DNA of 64,000 nt from an uncultured PS1 clade bacterium (GTDB lineage Bacteria > Pseudomonadota > Alphaproteobacteria > MED-G09). Under the pieces are notes generated by a model that saw only the letters and a program-made list of their open reading frames with translations, was not told the origin of the DNA and did no database searches. The stretch is taken from positions 279-64,278 of the forward strand of contig CACBCD010000005.1 in the NCBI GenBank assembly GCA_902537725.1, written 5' to 3'. Shown here in pieces: positions 1 through 9,973 of this stretch (the first letter of the stretch is position 1; each line of letters starts with the position of its first letter). The position numbers and the translations under genes were made by a program.

Positions 1-483
1 TCTATTGAAGATAGCTATAACAGTAATCTTATCATTGCCTTAGATCAAGTAACAGACCCTCAAAATATTGGTGCAATAATGAGATCTGCTAAAGTTTTTG
101 GAGCTAAATCTATCATAACTACAAAAAAACATAGCCCTGGAGAAACTGGTTCTCTTGCAAAAGCGGCTTCAGGTGCTTTAGAATTTATTGATTTTATTGA
201 AGTTACAAATCTATCTTCAACATTGACAACTTTATCAAAAAAAGGTTTTTTAATCATAGGTCTTGATGAATTAGGTGAGTCTAATCTAAATGAAGTTAAA
301 ATTGATATTAATCAACCTAAGGTCTTGGTTATGGGCTCGGAGGGAAAAGGCTTGAGAAGATTAACAAAAACTAAATGTGATATTATGGCTTTTATTGAAA
401 ATAAAGCCGAAGATAATTTCTCCACTCTTAATGTTAGCGCTAGTGCAGCCATATCTTTATACCAACTTTCATCAAATAATTAA
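1..483 (+). CDS. rlmB: 23S rRNA 2'-O-methyltransferase RlmB-like, TrmH/SpoU family (5' end lies outside the window)
   Basis: The frame is open from base 1 (SIEDSYNSNLIIALDQVTDPQNIGAIMRSAKVFG...). Typical SpoU C-terminal motifs are present (QNIGAI, LVMGSEGKGL). Confidence 0.65.
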   Translation, partial: SIEDSYNSNLIIALDQVTDPQNIGAIMRSAKVFGAKSIITTKKHSPGETGSLAKAASGALEFIDFIEVTNLSSTLTTLSKKGFLIIGLDELGESNLNEVKIDINQPKVLVMGSEGKGLRRLTKTKCDIMAFIENKAEDNFSTLNVSASAAISLYQLSSNN

Positions 484-486
484 TGA

Positions 487-2229
487 ATGACCTTTAAATC
501 TTTAAATAAACTTTTTTTTGATAGAGCCGAACAATATAATGAAAAACCTTTTTTGTGGTCAAAAAAAAATAAAGAATGGATACCTCTAACTTGGAATGAG
601 ACATCTTTAAAAGTAAAAGAGTTTGCAGGGGGCTTACGCTCCCTTGGAATTCAGCCGGGGGATAAGGTTGTTATTATTTCGGAAAATAGACCAGAATGGA
701 TTATTGCTGACCTTGCAATAAACCTAGTTGGTGCCATAACTGTCCCAGCATACACAACAAATACTGAAGATGATCATCATTATATTTTAGAACATTCTGA
801 TGCAAAAGCTGTTATAGCCTCAAGCAATATTTTAGCTAACAGAGTTGCTCTTGCTACTACTAGAACTAATCTATGTAAAATATTGATAACATTAGAAAAT
901 TATAGCGGGTTTGAACCTGAAGATTTAAAAATTATTAAATTTGAAGAGGTTAGCGATTTTGGAAAAAATAACATTGGAGCAGCATTGGATCATTTTGAAG
1001 AAATTCAACCTGATGATGTCTCTTGCATTATATATACCTCTGGAACAGGAGGTAGGCCTAAAGGTGTAATGCTTACCCATAGAAATATATTTTCAAACTT
1101 ACAAGGCGCAGAAGATCTGCTTGAGATTATTGGCAAAAAAGATAATAAATATCTCTCATTAATTCCTTTATCACATTCCTATGAGCATACAGCTGGTTTG
1201 TATTTACAAATTGATCTTGGTTCTCAAATTTATTTTTGCGAAGGTCCTGATAGATTTTCTCAGAATCTAAATGAAGTCTCCCCCACTTTAACAACTGCCG
1301 TGCCAAGAATTTTTGAAGTGATTCACGATAGAATAAAAATCCAAATGAAAAACCAAAATCCTATTATTAAATTTATTTTTAATAGAGCTGTAGCGGTTGG
1401 TATTAAAAGACATCATCATGGTCTTAATTTAATAGAAAATATTGAATATAGGTCTTATACAAATTTAATTAGAAAAAAAATTAATAAACAGTTGGGTGGA
1501 AAATTAAGAGCCTTTGTGTCTGGGGGTGCAGCTTTAAATCCTGAAATTGGTGACTTTTTTATTGGCCTTGGTGTCAAAATACTTCAAGGATATGGCCAAA
1601 CTGAAGCTAGCCCATTAATAAGTGCAAATAGACCAGAAAAAATAAGAATTGAAACTGTTGGACCTGCTGTAAAGGGAGTAGAAGCTAAACTTACTGAAGA
1701 GGGTGAATTAATTGTTAAAGGTGACTGTGTAATGAAAGGTTATTGGAAAGATGAAAAATCTACTAACGAAACAATTATTGATGGCTGGCTTCATACTGGT
1801 GATATTGCAACAATTTCTGAGGATGGATTTATTACAATTACAGGAAGAAAAAAGGAATTAATTGTAAATTCAGGAGGTGATAATATAGCACCAGCTAGAC
1901 CTGAAGCAGCACTAACATTTCAAGAGACAATTTTCCAATCAATGGTTATTGGTGATAGACGCCCTTATCTTGTTGCTGTGATTGTTCCTGAAGTTGAAAA
2001 AATAAAAAACCTAGTTGATAAAGAAATAAATGAAATTATTTCATACGAAGTAAAAAAAGCAAATGAAGGTTTATCTTCAATCGAGAAAATAAGAAAATTT
2101 ATTATTGCAGAAGAACCTTTTTCTACTGAAAATGGTCTTTTAACTCCTACAATGAAAGTTAGACGCCATAAGGTTTTTGAAATCTATGGTGAAAAATTAG
2201 ATGATCTTTATGGATCAAAAACTCACTAA
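487..2229 (+). CDS. Long-chain fatty-acid--CoA ligase (AMP-dependent synthetase)
   Basis: AMP-binding P-loop YTSGTGGRPKGVMLTH and GYGQTE motif; 580 aa. Confidence 0.8.
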   Translation: MTFKSLNKLFFDRAEQYNEKPFLWSKKNKEWIPLTWNETSLKVKEFAGGLRSLGIQPGDKVVIISENRPEWIIADLAINLVGAITVPAYTTNTEDDHHYILEHSDAKAVIASSNILANRVALATTRTNLCKILITLENYSGFEPEDLKIIKFEEVSDFGKNNIGAALDHFEEIQPDDVSCIIYTSGTGGRPKGVMLTHRNIFSNLQGAEDLLEIIGKKDNKYLSLIPLSHSYEHTAGLYLQIDLGSQIYFCEGPDRFSQNLNEVSPTLTTAVPRIFEVIHDRIKIQMKNQNPIIKFIFNRAVAVGIKRHHHGLNLIENIEYRSYTNLIRKKINKQLGGKLRAFVSGGAALNPEIGDFFIGLGVKILQGYGQTEASPLISANRPEKIRIETVGPAVKGVEAKLTEEGELIVKGDCVMKGYWKDEKSTNETIIDGWLHTGDIATISEDGFITITGRKKELIVNSGGDNIAPARPEAALTFQETIFQSMVIGDRRPYLVAVIVPEVEKIKNLVDKEINEIISYEVKKANEGLSSIEKIRKFIIAEEPFSTENGLLTPTMKVRRHKVFEIYGEKLDDLYGSKTH

Positions 2230-2236
2230 AACAATA

Positions 2237-3620
2237 CTAATCTTCTTTTGAAAAATTGAGTATTAATTCTAATGCTCCAAGCATAATTCCAGGCTGATGC
2301 TCAAATTTAGTTTCAGGTGTAAAACTTATATTTTTAACCCTATCAAAAATTAAATTCCAAGTTATAACTTGCTCTAACCGAGAAATTCCATTTCCTGGAC
2401 ATGTTCTATGACCCTGAGAAAATGTTAAATGTCTTGTAAGAGCTTTTCTGTCAAGATCAATTTGATGCGGGCATTCAAAAACTTCCTCATCCATATTAGC
2501 TGCACCATATCTCAAATGTAAAATTGAGCCTGGCGGAACTTTAACACCTTGAAATTCTTCTTCTTGGGTTGTCATTCTGGTTGATAAACCTTGAGTTGGC
2601 GCTCTAACCCTAAGGGACTCCTCAACAAAAGCCCTTATTTTACTTCTATCATTTTTTTAATTCATCAAAGAGGTCTGGATTTTTGCATAATATTTGGGCC
2701 TGCTCTGAGATAGCATATTGAGTTGTTTCAAGACCCCCAATTATCATTGCATAAGCAACTCCAATAATTTCAGTATCTGTTAACTTTCTATCATAAGGCT
2801 CATAATTAACATCAATCAAAAAAGATAACATATCATCTTTTGGATTTTTCTTTTTTTCTTCTAACTGATCAATTACATACTCACCAAACTCTTTTAAAAG
2901 AATTTGTTGCTCATCAGACTGTTCTTTAGTAAGTAAATTTCTATGCCCTTGTCCATAAACAAACGGCATTACCATTGCATCACCCCATTTTTTCAAAGAA
3001 GGTATATCAGAAAGTGGAAAACCAATAACATTTGCCATTACAATTTGAGGCAAAGGTCTTGCAAATTCCGAAATAAATTCAACTTGATCATTATTAATCC
3101 ATTTATCAATTAATCCATTGGCAGATTCTGTAATCATTTCTTCATGTCTCTCTGCACCTGTTCCAACCCAAGGATCAGTTAATTGACGCTTATGAGCTTT
3201 CCATAATTCTTCATTGGGTCTTAGACTCATTATAGAAACTTGAAGAGCATTCATTAAGTTTGGATCATGCCTACTTACAACAGTACTGGCAGGAAGTATT
3301 TTTTTAGATGCTTCATCCTCATCATCAGAATTGAAGCCACTCACACCTGCTTTTTCAAGATCAGAACTTTTCATTACTGGAGGTGGAAATCTAAGAATAT
3401 CCTTTACTACAAAAGCTATGTCTTCGTATTTAGATAGAATAAAACCATCAGTATCAGGTGAAGTTCCCTCTCCGGGAATTCTATGAACTGGCGCCTCATT
3501 ATGAAGAATCTTATAGGAGTCATACCAATATTTTTGTGCCCCTGGAGCAAATAGATCAATCTCATCTAATGACATAGGACATTTGGCTTGATTGTTATTA
3601 TCGGTAATTTCTGAACTCAT
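2237..3620 (-). pseudogene. Cytochrome P450 split by a frameshift at an A7 homopolymer (2652-2658)
   Basis: ORF 2649-3620 carries the I-helix GGLETT. ORF 2237-2575 carries the heme loop FSQGHRTCPG. Reading upstream of 2575 in its frame gives IRAFVEESLRV (K-helix ExxR). Removing one A from the run fuses both into a single ~460 aa P450. Confidence 0.7.
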
Positions 3621-3685
3621 AAAACCCTCACACTAATTTCTTAAACAATAAGTTCTAGTATATTTTCAAATATAAAAACTTCAAG

Positions 3686-3724
3686 AAATAAAAAACGGCC
3701 CGAATAAATTAATATTCGAGCCGC
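3686..3724 (-). terminator. Rho-independent terminator downstream of the TonB-dependent receptor
   Basis: On the minus strand: hairpin CGGCTCGAATA...TATTCGGGCCG followed by TTTTTT. Confidence 0.4.
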
Positions 3725-3746
3725 TTAATAAAGTTACTTTTTACGC

Positions 3747-6032
3747 TTAATATGAAGCAGAAAAGGTAATACCGAGTGTTTGAGGTTCATTCCACCAACC
3801 GCGAGAAGTTAAGCCACCGATAGTTGCCCATCTTTGCTCTCTCTCATCAGTTAAGTTTCTACCCCAAATAGTTATGCTATAATTATCAATAGAATAATTA
3901 ATAGTCGCATTTAGATTCTCGATACTATCTAGGTCACCATAAGGATTATTTGATGAGTCAGAATTCATTTCATCTCTGAAACGATAGGAAATTCTTCCCT
4001 TCAATTCACCATCACCAACTTGAGTAGTGTAAGAAGTTGTAATACCAAATGTATTTTCAGGAGTATTACGTGGAATTAAACCTGAATTATCAGTGATAAC
4101 TCCATCACCAGTTAGGTCAGCAAGATAATCTTTATACTCTGCTTCAAGATATCCGTAAGTAACCATAAGATCCCAAGCTTCACTAACCTGATACATTAAC
4201 TCTAATTCTAAACCGTTCATCTCCATTGATGCAGCATTACGAATAACAGTAGCAACATTAGCTAGGTTAACCGGTATTAAGATTGATTCTTGCTTATCAT
4301 CATATTCAGATCTAAAGATAGCACCATTGAAAACCATTCTTCCATCTTGCAATGTTGATTTCCAACCAAACTCATAATTTTTTACATATTCTGGTTCATA
4401 ACCTGGATAAATATCGTAATTAGCTTGACGAGCAAAGAAACCACCACTTTTAAAACCTTCACTATAATTTGCGTAGTACATTAAATTGTCAGTTGGTTGA
4501 TATCTAACTCCAATTTTTGGAGTAGTCTCGTCCCATTTTGCTGAGTATGGTGTAGGATTATATATTCCTGGCCACGGCTCTCCTCTTAATGGGTAGTAAC
4601 CAGGCGCTGAAGCACCTCCAACAAAGTCTTTCTCCTCTTCAGTCCAACGGAAACCCGCAGTTATTGTCCATTGATCAGTAACAAACCAGTCTACTGAAGC
4701 AAACACAGCTATGGATTCTGTAAGTTGTGTTTGTCCATTATTTCCAGCAACATCATCTTCCCATACATCTACATCATCATAACCAGGAACACCTTTTCTA
4801 CCAAAAGGCCAAGGTGGAACTCCTAAACGTGATAATTGATAGAATAAATCATATACGTTCCATCTTTGAGCAAAATCTGCTTCCCAATCATAAACACCAG
4901 CAATGAATTGGAATTTATCAGAAAATTGTGAGGTTACTCTGAACTCATGACTTGTTTGTTCCCAGTCATTAAAGAAATTCATTCTCAATAGACGAGCCCT
5001 TGATCCATCAAAGTCTTGCATATTTTGTTCATCCATATCTCTTAAAGAATAGATATAAGTAAATAAGAAATTTTCAGTATCATAATTTGCTGTAATGATA
5101 GTTGATTCATACTCATTATCACTAAAATTTGTACCATCTGACTCTGTTATATCAGGACCATCATTGGCATCTTTTTCACAACCATTATATTGATCGAAAC
5201 CAATTTGAGTAATAGTACAAGCAAGTTCGCCTACTCTATTTCTATTTACATAAACACCTTGTTCACTTTTATCTTCCATAATTTCATGATGAAGTTTTAA
5301 GCTGAAATTATCATTTGGCTCCCAAAGTAATGCAAAGCCATAATTTAACTTATCATCGCCACCAACGTCAGTTTTAAGAGTTGTATTATAAACATGGCCA
5401 TCATGCTGAATACTTGCAGCAAAAACTTTTAGTCCGAGTGTATCTTCAATTATTGGTAACTGGACAACAGCCTTAACATCTTGTCTACCAAAGTCACCTA
5501 CTGTTAAACTTAGATCAGCACCCATTTCATTTAATGAAACAGGTGTACGAATTACATTTAAAATACCACCAGTTGTATTTTTACCAAATAAAGTTCCCTG
5601 AGGACCACGAAGAACCTCAATTCTCTCTATATCAAAATTATCAAGAAGAACACCACTTGATGTACCAAGGAACATACCGTCCATAACAACACCAATTGAT
5701 GGCTCATAACTTTTATCGCTCTCTAAAGATGCCACACCTCTAATTGTTATAGCAGCACCGCTGGCAATACCAGGTGTTCTATTAATAAATAGATTTGGTG
5801 CAAAAGCCTGTATATCCTCTATTCTTCGAACACTACTTTCACGAAGTTGCTCGGTAATAGCAGTAACTGCCATTGGAACGTCTTGAATAGACTCATCCTT
5901 TTTTCTAGCTGTAACAATAATTTCTTCAATTCCAAGGGTTGGAGCACTATCCTGAGCTGAAACTGAGAAACTTATTGGAATAGCCATAACTAAAGAAATA
6001 GTTAGTGTAAGAAATTTTTGAAATAATTTCAT
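3747..6032 (-). CDS. TonB-dependent outer-membrane receptor
   Basis: Signal peptide, TonB-box-like EEIIVTA, plug domain, 761 aa, and C-terminal beta-barrel ending ...ITFSASY. Confidence 0.85.
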   Translation of the reverse strand: MKLFQKFLTLTISLVMAIPISFSVSAQDSAPTLGIEEIIVTARKKDESIQDVPMAVTAITEQLRESSVRRIEDIQAFAPNLFINRTPGIASGAAITIRGVASLESDKSYEPSIGVVMDGMFLGTSSGVLLDNFDIERIEVLRGPQGTLFGKNTTGGILNVIRTPVSLNEMGADLSLTVGDFGRQDVKAVVQLPIIEDTLGLKVFAASIQHDGHVYNTTLKTDVGGDDKLNYGFALLWEPNDNFSLKLHHEIMEDKSEQGVYVNRNRVGELACTITQIGFDQYNGCEKDANDGPDITESDGTNFSDNEYESTIITANYDTENFLFTYIYSLRDMDEQNMQDFDGSRARLLRMNFFNDWEQTSHEFRVTSQFSDKFQFIAGVYDWEADFAQRWNVYDLFYQLSRLGVPPWPFGRKGVPGYDDVDVWEDDVAGNNGQTQLTESIAVFASVDWFVTDQWTITAGFRWTEEEKDFVGGASAPGYYPLRGEPWPGIYNPTPYSAKWDETTPKIGVRYQPTDNLMYYANYSEGFKSGGFFARQANYDIYPGYEPEYVKNYEFGWKSTLQDGRMVFNGAIFRSEYDDKQESILIPVNLANVATVIRNAASMEMNGLELELMYQVSEAWDLMVTYGYLEAEYKDYLADLTGDGVITDNSGLIPRNTPENTFGITTSYTTQVGDGELKGRISYRFRDEMNSDSSNNPYGDLDSIENLNATINYSIDNYSITIWGRNLTDEREQRWATIGGLTSRGWWNEPQTLGITFSASY

Positions 6033-6214
6033 TTATACCTCCCCCATAAGAATAAAAAATAAAATAATTTTACTTAATTTATTAATTAAATATTTATTTA
6101 TAGAATAAATATTATTTATTAATACAATAAATATTGAAAAAAATCATAAAGTCAAACTATTAGATAAAACCTTTGAAATTTTGGTAAATAAATGTATAAA
6201 CCTCTGATGAAATT

Positions 6215-6290
6215 GCCGACGTAGCTCAACTGGTAGAGCACCTGATTTGTAATCAGGGGGTTGGGGGTTCAAGTCCCTCCGTCGGCACCA
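6215..6290 (+). tRNA. tRNA-Thr (anticodon UGU)
   Basis: Cloverleaf folded by hand. Acceptor stem GCCGACG/CGTCGGC, anticodon loop TTTGTAA, T-loop TTCAAGT, encoded CCA. Confidence 0.9.
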
Positions 6291-6291
6291 T
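6221..6291 (+). repeat. Direct repeat copy 1 (attL core), corresponding to the 3' 70 nt of tRNA-Thr
   Basis: Identical 71-bp string GTAGCTCAACTGGTAGAGCACCTGATTTGTAATCAGGGGGTTGGGGGTTCAAGTCCCTCCGTCGGCACCAT is found again at 19459-19529. Confidence 0.85.
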
Positions 6292-6388
6292 TAAATTTTC
6301 TTAATAGCGAAACCCTGCCCTTTTCTAATATTCACTGTGTGTAAGCCTCAATGAATAATTGCAAGATTTGCCCTCTTTTACAAGCGCA

Positions 6389-6410
6389 TTGTGCCAATAC
6401 TGTGCCAAGA
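6389..6410 (+). promoter_or_regulatory. GTGCCA-N5-GTGCCAAGA motif (putative integrase arm-type site), left island end
   Basis: TTGTGCCAATACTGTGCCAAGA lies ~100 bp inside the repeat. A near-identical motif lies at 19359-19380. Confidence 0.35.
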
Positions 6411-6597
6411 ATCATGGAGGTATGGGCCACTGCCCCTATGGGGGATATCTATAAACAATAAAGACAGAAAATGTGTGCTTTAGATGTTAACCAGTTTTAA
6501 GACTCATAGAGAATCACAGGGAGGGATTATTATTTAAGGAGTCTAGGAGATTCAAAAAGTTTAAATGAGTCTGAGTGAGTCTGTATGAGCCTTAAAT

Positions 6598-7332
6598 TCA
6601 CCTTGTTATCCTTGTAATACATTGATTTGGGTTATCTTCATCAAAGTAATCACTTTCAACTTTTTTAATCACTTTAAAACCTGTTCCATCTGACTGATAG
6701 GTTATTACTGTGGAAGTACAGACATCACTACTAACCCTACTCGTAAGTGTTTTTTGTTCTATATCAATTTCTGCATTACCTTGAAAAGAAATAGTAGGAA
6801 TAGCTTCATACACGTTATCTATTTTTTCTAATTCATAAATTTGATATTTTTGATAACCCCGATTCCCACCAAAGGTTCCAATAATGATTTCATCATCACC
6901 ATCAAAATCAATATCAAATATTCTTATGGGTTCGTACTTTGATAAATCTGGATCTGGTTTATTTAATTTAATTGGGAAATTAATGCGGCATGTATCTTTA
7001 GATTGATCGCTATACCACTCCAAACATTTATATTGTAATGGTGGTAAGGCAAAATCTTTATCAATTTGAATATTTATATGTATTCCTAACTCAGATGATA
7101 TAAATCGTATGTCAGCCTTTCCTGTAATGTGATTTAAAATATCCCCAACCACAAGAATTTCAAAAGTGCCAACCACCATTATGTCTTCAAAACCCTGAGT
7201 GTAACTAAAATTAAGTTGTACTGGGGGATTTTCTTCAACTGGATGTTTTAGGATTTTAAAAACAGAGGCATTACTTTGTCCCTCAAAACAAAGAAGAAAA
7301 ATTAAAACTAATAAAAACTTAAACAACTTCAT
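6598..7332 (-). CDS. Secreted hypothetical protein (FG-GAP/VCBS-like DxDxDGDDE segment)
   Basis: Signal peptide MKLFKFLLVLIFLLCFEGQSNA. Translationally coupled to the upstream gene. Confidence 0.5.
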   Translation of the reverse strand: MKLFKFLLVLIFLLCFEGQSNASVFKILKHPVEENPPVQLNFSYTQGFEDIMVVGTFEILVVGDILNHITGKADIRFISSELGIHINIQIDKDFALPPLQYKCLEWYSDQSKDTCRINFPIKLNKPDPDLSKYEPIRIFDIDFDGDDEIIIGTFGGNRGYQKYQIYELEKIDNVYEAIPTISFQGNAEIDIEQKTLTSRVSSDVCTSTVITYQSDGTGFKVIKKVESDYFDEDNPNQCITRITR

Positions 7333-8075
7333 TCCTCAATGACCATAATATTATTATCTTTAAATTTTGTAATAATTCTTGAAACCTTAATGGTGTCCTC
7401 TAAGGGGTCATACTTACTTTTATAGTGTCCGATCACAATATCATTACCGTCTAATTTTAAAAATTTTTCATTATAGCCAACACTTATTTCTCCAACTTTA
7501 TAAACAAGGTGTCTTTCACGTCCATCTAAATAAAGGTTATATTCATCCTCATCATTCTCACTTTTAGATGATGTAGAATAATCTATATCAAGACCAAAAT
7601 CTTTTACGATACGAACAAACATAATTGTTCTTGAGGTTAGACTGCCTCCGCCATTTTCAAATATACGATATACATGAATATCATTATGTATGGTGCCTAC
7701 ATAACTATAAGAAAAAAAAGCTCTAGTATCGCCATATTCGCTTCGTTCAGAATAAGTTATACAATTCTTTTTTTCTTCATTATCGCCACAATAAATTCTA
7801 TCACCTCCTATGAAGAACCTATTGCGATCAAATTGTTTATCAAGCTGTATAGCTACAATATCATCGAAGTTAGTAGTGTCTGATATCCATACTGATAATT
7901 TCTCTAATATTAGAGGATTAATTTCTTTTGGATCTATTTTATTTTCGGCATGTAAATTATGGGAACAAAACATGAATATAGCGCTTAAAAACACGAAATT
8001 TAGAAAATATTTATTTGGCTTAATTCCGCCCTTAATACTGGTTAACAGCCATTTTAGGGGCTTGTAATTTGACAA
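7329..8075 (-). CDS. Membrane-anchored or secreted hypothetical protein
   Basis: N-terminal hydrophobic segment; 4-nt overlap with the downstream gene. Confidence 0.45.
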   Translation of the reverse strand: MSNYKPLKWLLTSIKGGIKPNKYFLNFVFLSAIFMFCSHNLHAENKIDPKEINPLILEKLSVWISDTTNFDDIVAIQLDKQFDRNRFFIGGDRIYCGDNEEKKNCITYSERSEYGDTRAFFSYSYVGTIHNDIHVYRIFENGGGSLTSRTIMFVRIVKDFGLDIDYSTSSKSENDEDEYNLYLDGRERHLVYKVGEISVGYNEKFLKLDGNDIVIGHYKSKYDPLEDTIKVSRIITKFKDNNIMVIEE

Positions 8076-8221
8076 ATTGAAACTCCTTCATTAGACTGGT
8101 GTCACTATCCCGCCGGGGATTATATATATAGTATATCTATTACCCTAATCTATTCCCTATTAAGTATATATTAAGTACCCAAGCAGGTGATTACCTATTA
8201 TTTTATATGATTCTATAAGGT

Positions 8222-8722
8222 TTACCTCTTATTAGAGTTATTCCTTCTCCATTCCCATGGTTTTATAAACTTACTTCTCCATAACCCTCTTTTATTCTCT
8301 TTAGCTAACTCTTCTTCATCAATATAATCTTTAGAATACTTTCTATATGCTAGAGCATATCCCTCTCTAACCATAATACTTCCTATATCCATACGATTAT
8401 CATCTTTAAAGATATAGCATCGAGCTAATATTCTTTTATAGCGATCTTGTCCTAGTTCCTTACAATCAAATCCATCTGTTCCATGCAATTGCTCAAGATA
8501 TAAAGCCGCTGCTAATCCACATTCCCAATCCCGATTATTAAGGGTACAGATTTGATTAATCTCTGGTGCATCCATACCCTCTAGGCGATAACGAATACCA
8601 TTGCGTTTTAGAGTATCGCCATCAGTGATAGAATAGGTTTGAGGATTCCAATCCTTAGCTTGAACATTTAGGGTTAAAAAAAGAAAGGTAAGAAGAGTAT
8701 AAAAAATATATTTAATATTCAT
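8222..8722 (-). CDS. Secreted thermonuclease (staphylococcal-nuclease-like, SNc) family protein
   Basis: Signal peptide and SNase motifs DGDTL...RLEGMDAPE. Confidence 0.6.
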   Translation of the reverse strand: MNIKYIFYTLLTFLFLTLNVQAKDWNPQTYSITDGDTLKRNGIRYRLEGMDAPEINQICTLNNRDWECGLAAALYLEQLHGTDGFDCKELGQDRYKRILARCYIFKDDNRMDIGSIMVREGYALAYRKYSKDYIDEEELAKENKRGLWRSKFIKPWEWRRNNSNKR

Positions 8723-8736
8723 ACGCTATAAGAATT

Positions 8737-9141
8737 TTATTCATTTGTTTTATTTTCAAGATTATTACTTATTATTTTTCCATCTTTCACAGAATAATAA
8801 AAAGATCCAAATCCAGAGAAATATATCAATAAATCAGTAATTAGACTTTGTTTTATATTATTGAAAATAATTGAATCAATTATAAGAAATAAAAAAAATA
8901 AAGATGGTATAATTAAAATTAACTTTGGATCGTAATTTTTATAAATATTAGTTAAAATCTCTCCAGTTAAGCCTGATGCTATAGATGAACCAACCACAAG
9001 CATAAATGACATAACAAAAAACCAATCCATTAGTTCTTCATTAATTAATAATGGGATAAACATTGAGAATAATAAAAAAATAATAAAATAGATTGGAGGG
9101 TACAAGGCAGATATCATTACTGTAAAAATTTTATTTTTCAT
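8737..9141 (-). CDS. Small polytopic membrane protein
   Basis: About four hydrophobic helices; 134 aa. Confidence 0.4.
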   Translation of the reverse strand: MKNKIFTVMISALYPPIYFIIFLLFSMFIPLLINEELMDWFFVMSFMLVVGSSIASGLTGEILTNIYKNYDPKLILIIPSLFFLFLIIDSIIFNNIKQSLITDLLIYFSGFGSFYYSVKDGKIISNNLENKTNE

Positions 9142-9178
9142 AATTAGACCTTAGACTAAATTATATAGTTTTTTAATT

Positions 9179-9973
9179 TTAATTATTCGCTAAATTTAAT
9201 AAAGGGTGAGTTTTATAAAATTCTTCACTCCAATACCCTTCTCTTAATAACTCATTCTCTATTTCTTTTGCGTGATTTTTAGATAGTTTAAAGGTTCTGT
9301 ATTTATTAAATAAATCTATTCCATAGCTATTAGGATTTATAGCAAAAATATGATACCAAAAATTTAAAACTGGTGACATCCAATTTTGTTTAGGACTATA
9401 GCTAGAATACAAAACCCTATTATTTTCATGTAGATACCCTCTAATCATTCCATCAGTTTCTTTCTTGTATAAAAGATCCCTCTCTGTTGCCATTTTGTTA
9501 GTAACATCAACAAGTTGATAATTTATGACTGAATAAATCTTTGTAATTAATCCATAACCAGCATTAGGACCCCATTTACGACCATGGCTTCCAACTACTG
9601 CTGTAACCTCACATACACCATCATTATTAAGGTCTAAAATATTGATTTCTCTATGGAAACCAAGATGTGCTAATTTAGCTGGTTCACTATCACCATATTT
9701 ATCTGGGTTCCCTTTTTCTATGAATGTTAGACCATGGCTTCTAGCCGTGCCTGTACCTCCAGTCTTAACGATATAAAAATCATGATACCCTTCATGTGGA
9801 TACTGATTTTTTGGATCAAGACACCAGTATAATCTAAAACCATGAAGTTCTTTTGCAGAAATCCAATTACCAGCCTTATCTGATGTTACAACATATGCTT
9901 TTACCTCAGTTGAGAGGGTAAAAATGCTTATGCATAGAGCTAAACAAATCTTATATATTGAACTAGTGCTCAA
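9179..9973 (-). CDS. Secreted hypothetical protein
   Basis: Signal peptide ending TEVKA; 11-nt overlap with the upstream MORN gene. Confidence 0.5.
   Translation of the reverse strand: MSTSSIYKICLALCISIFTLSTEVKAYVVTSDKAGNWISAKELHGFRLYWCLDPKNQYPHEGYHDFYIVKTGGTGTARSHGLTFIEKGNPDKYGDSEPAKLAHLGFHREINILDLNNDGVCEVTAVVGSHGRKWGPNAGYGLITKIYSVINYQLVDVTNKMATERDLLYKKETDGMIRGYLHENNRVLYSSYSPKQNWMSPVLNFWYHIFAINPNSYGIDLFNKYRTFKLSKNHAKEIENELLREGYWSEEFYKTHPLLNLANN

Noticed and set aside
6540-6597. TGAGTCTG short imperfect direct repeats
   Set aside because: They are only 2-3 degenerate copies located 3' of a gene. No hairpin or partner copy exists elsewhere in the window.
7674-8067. Plus-strand ORFs of 69 and 85 aa
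   Set aside because: They are antisense to the 248-aa island gene and show no supporting features.
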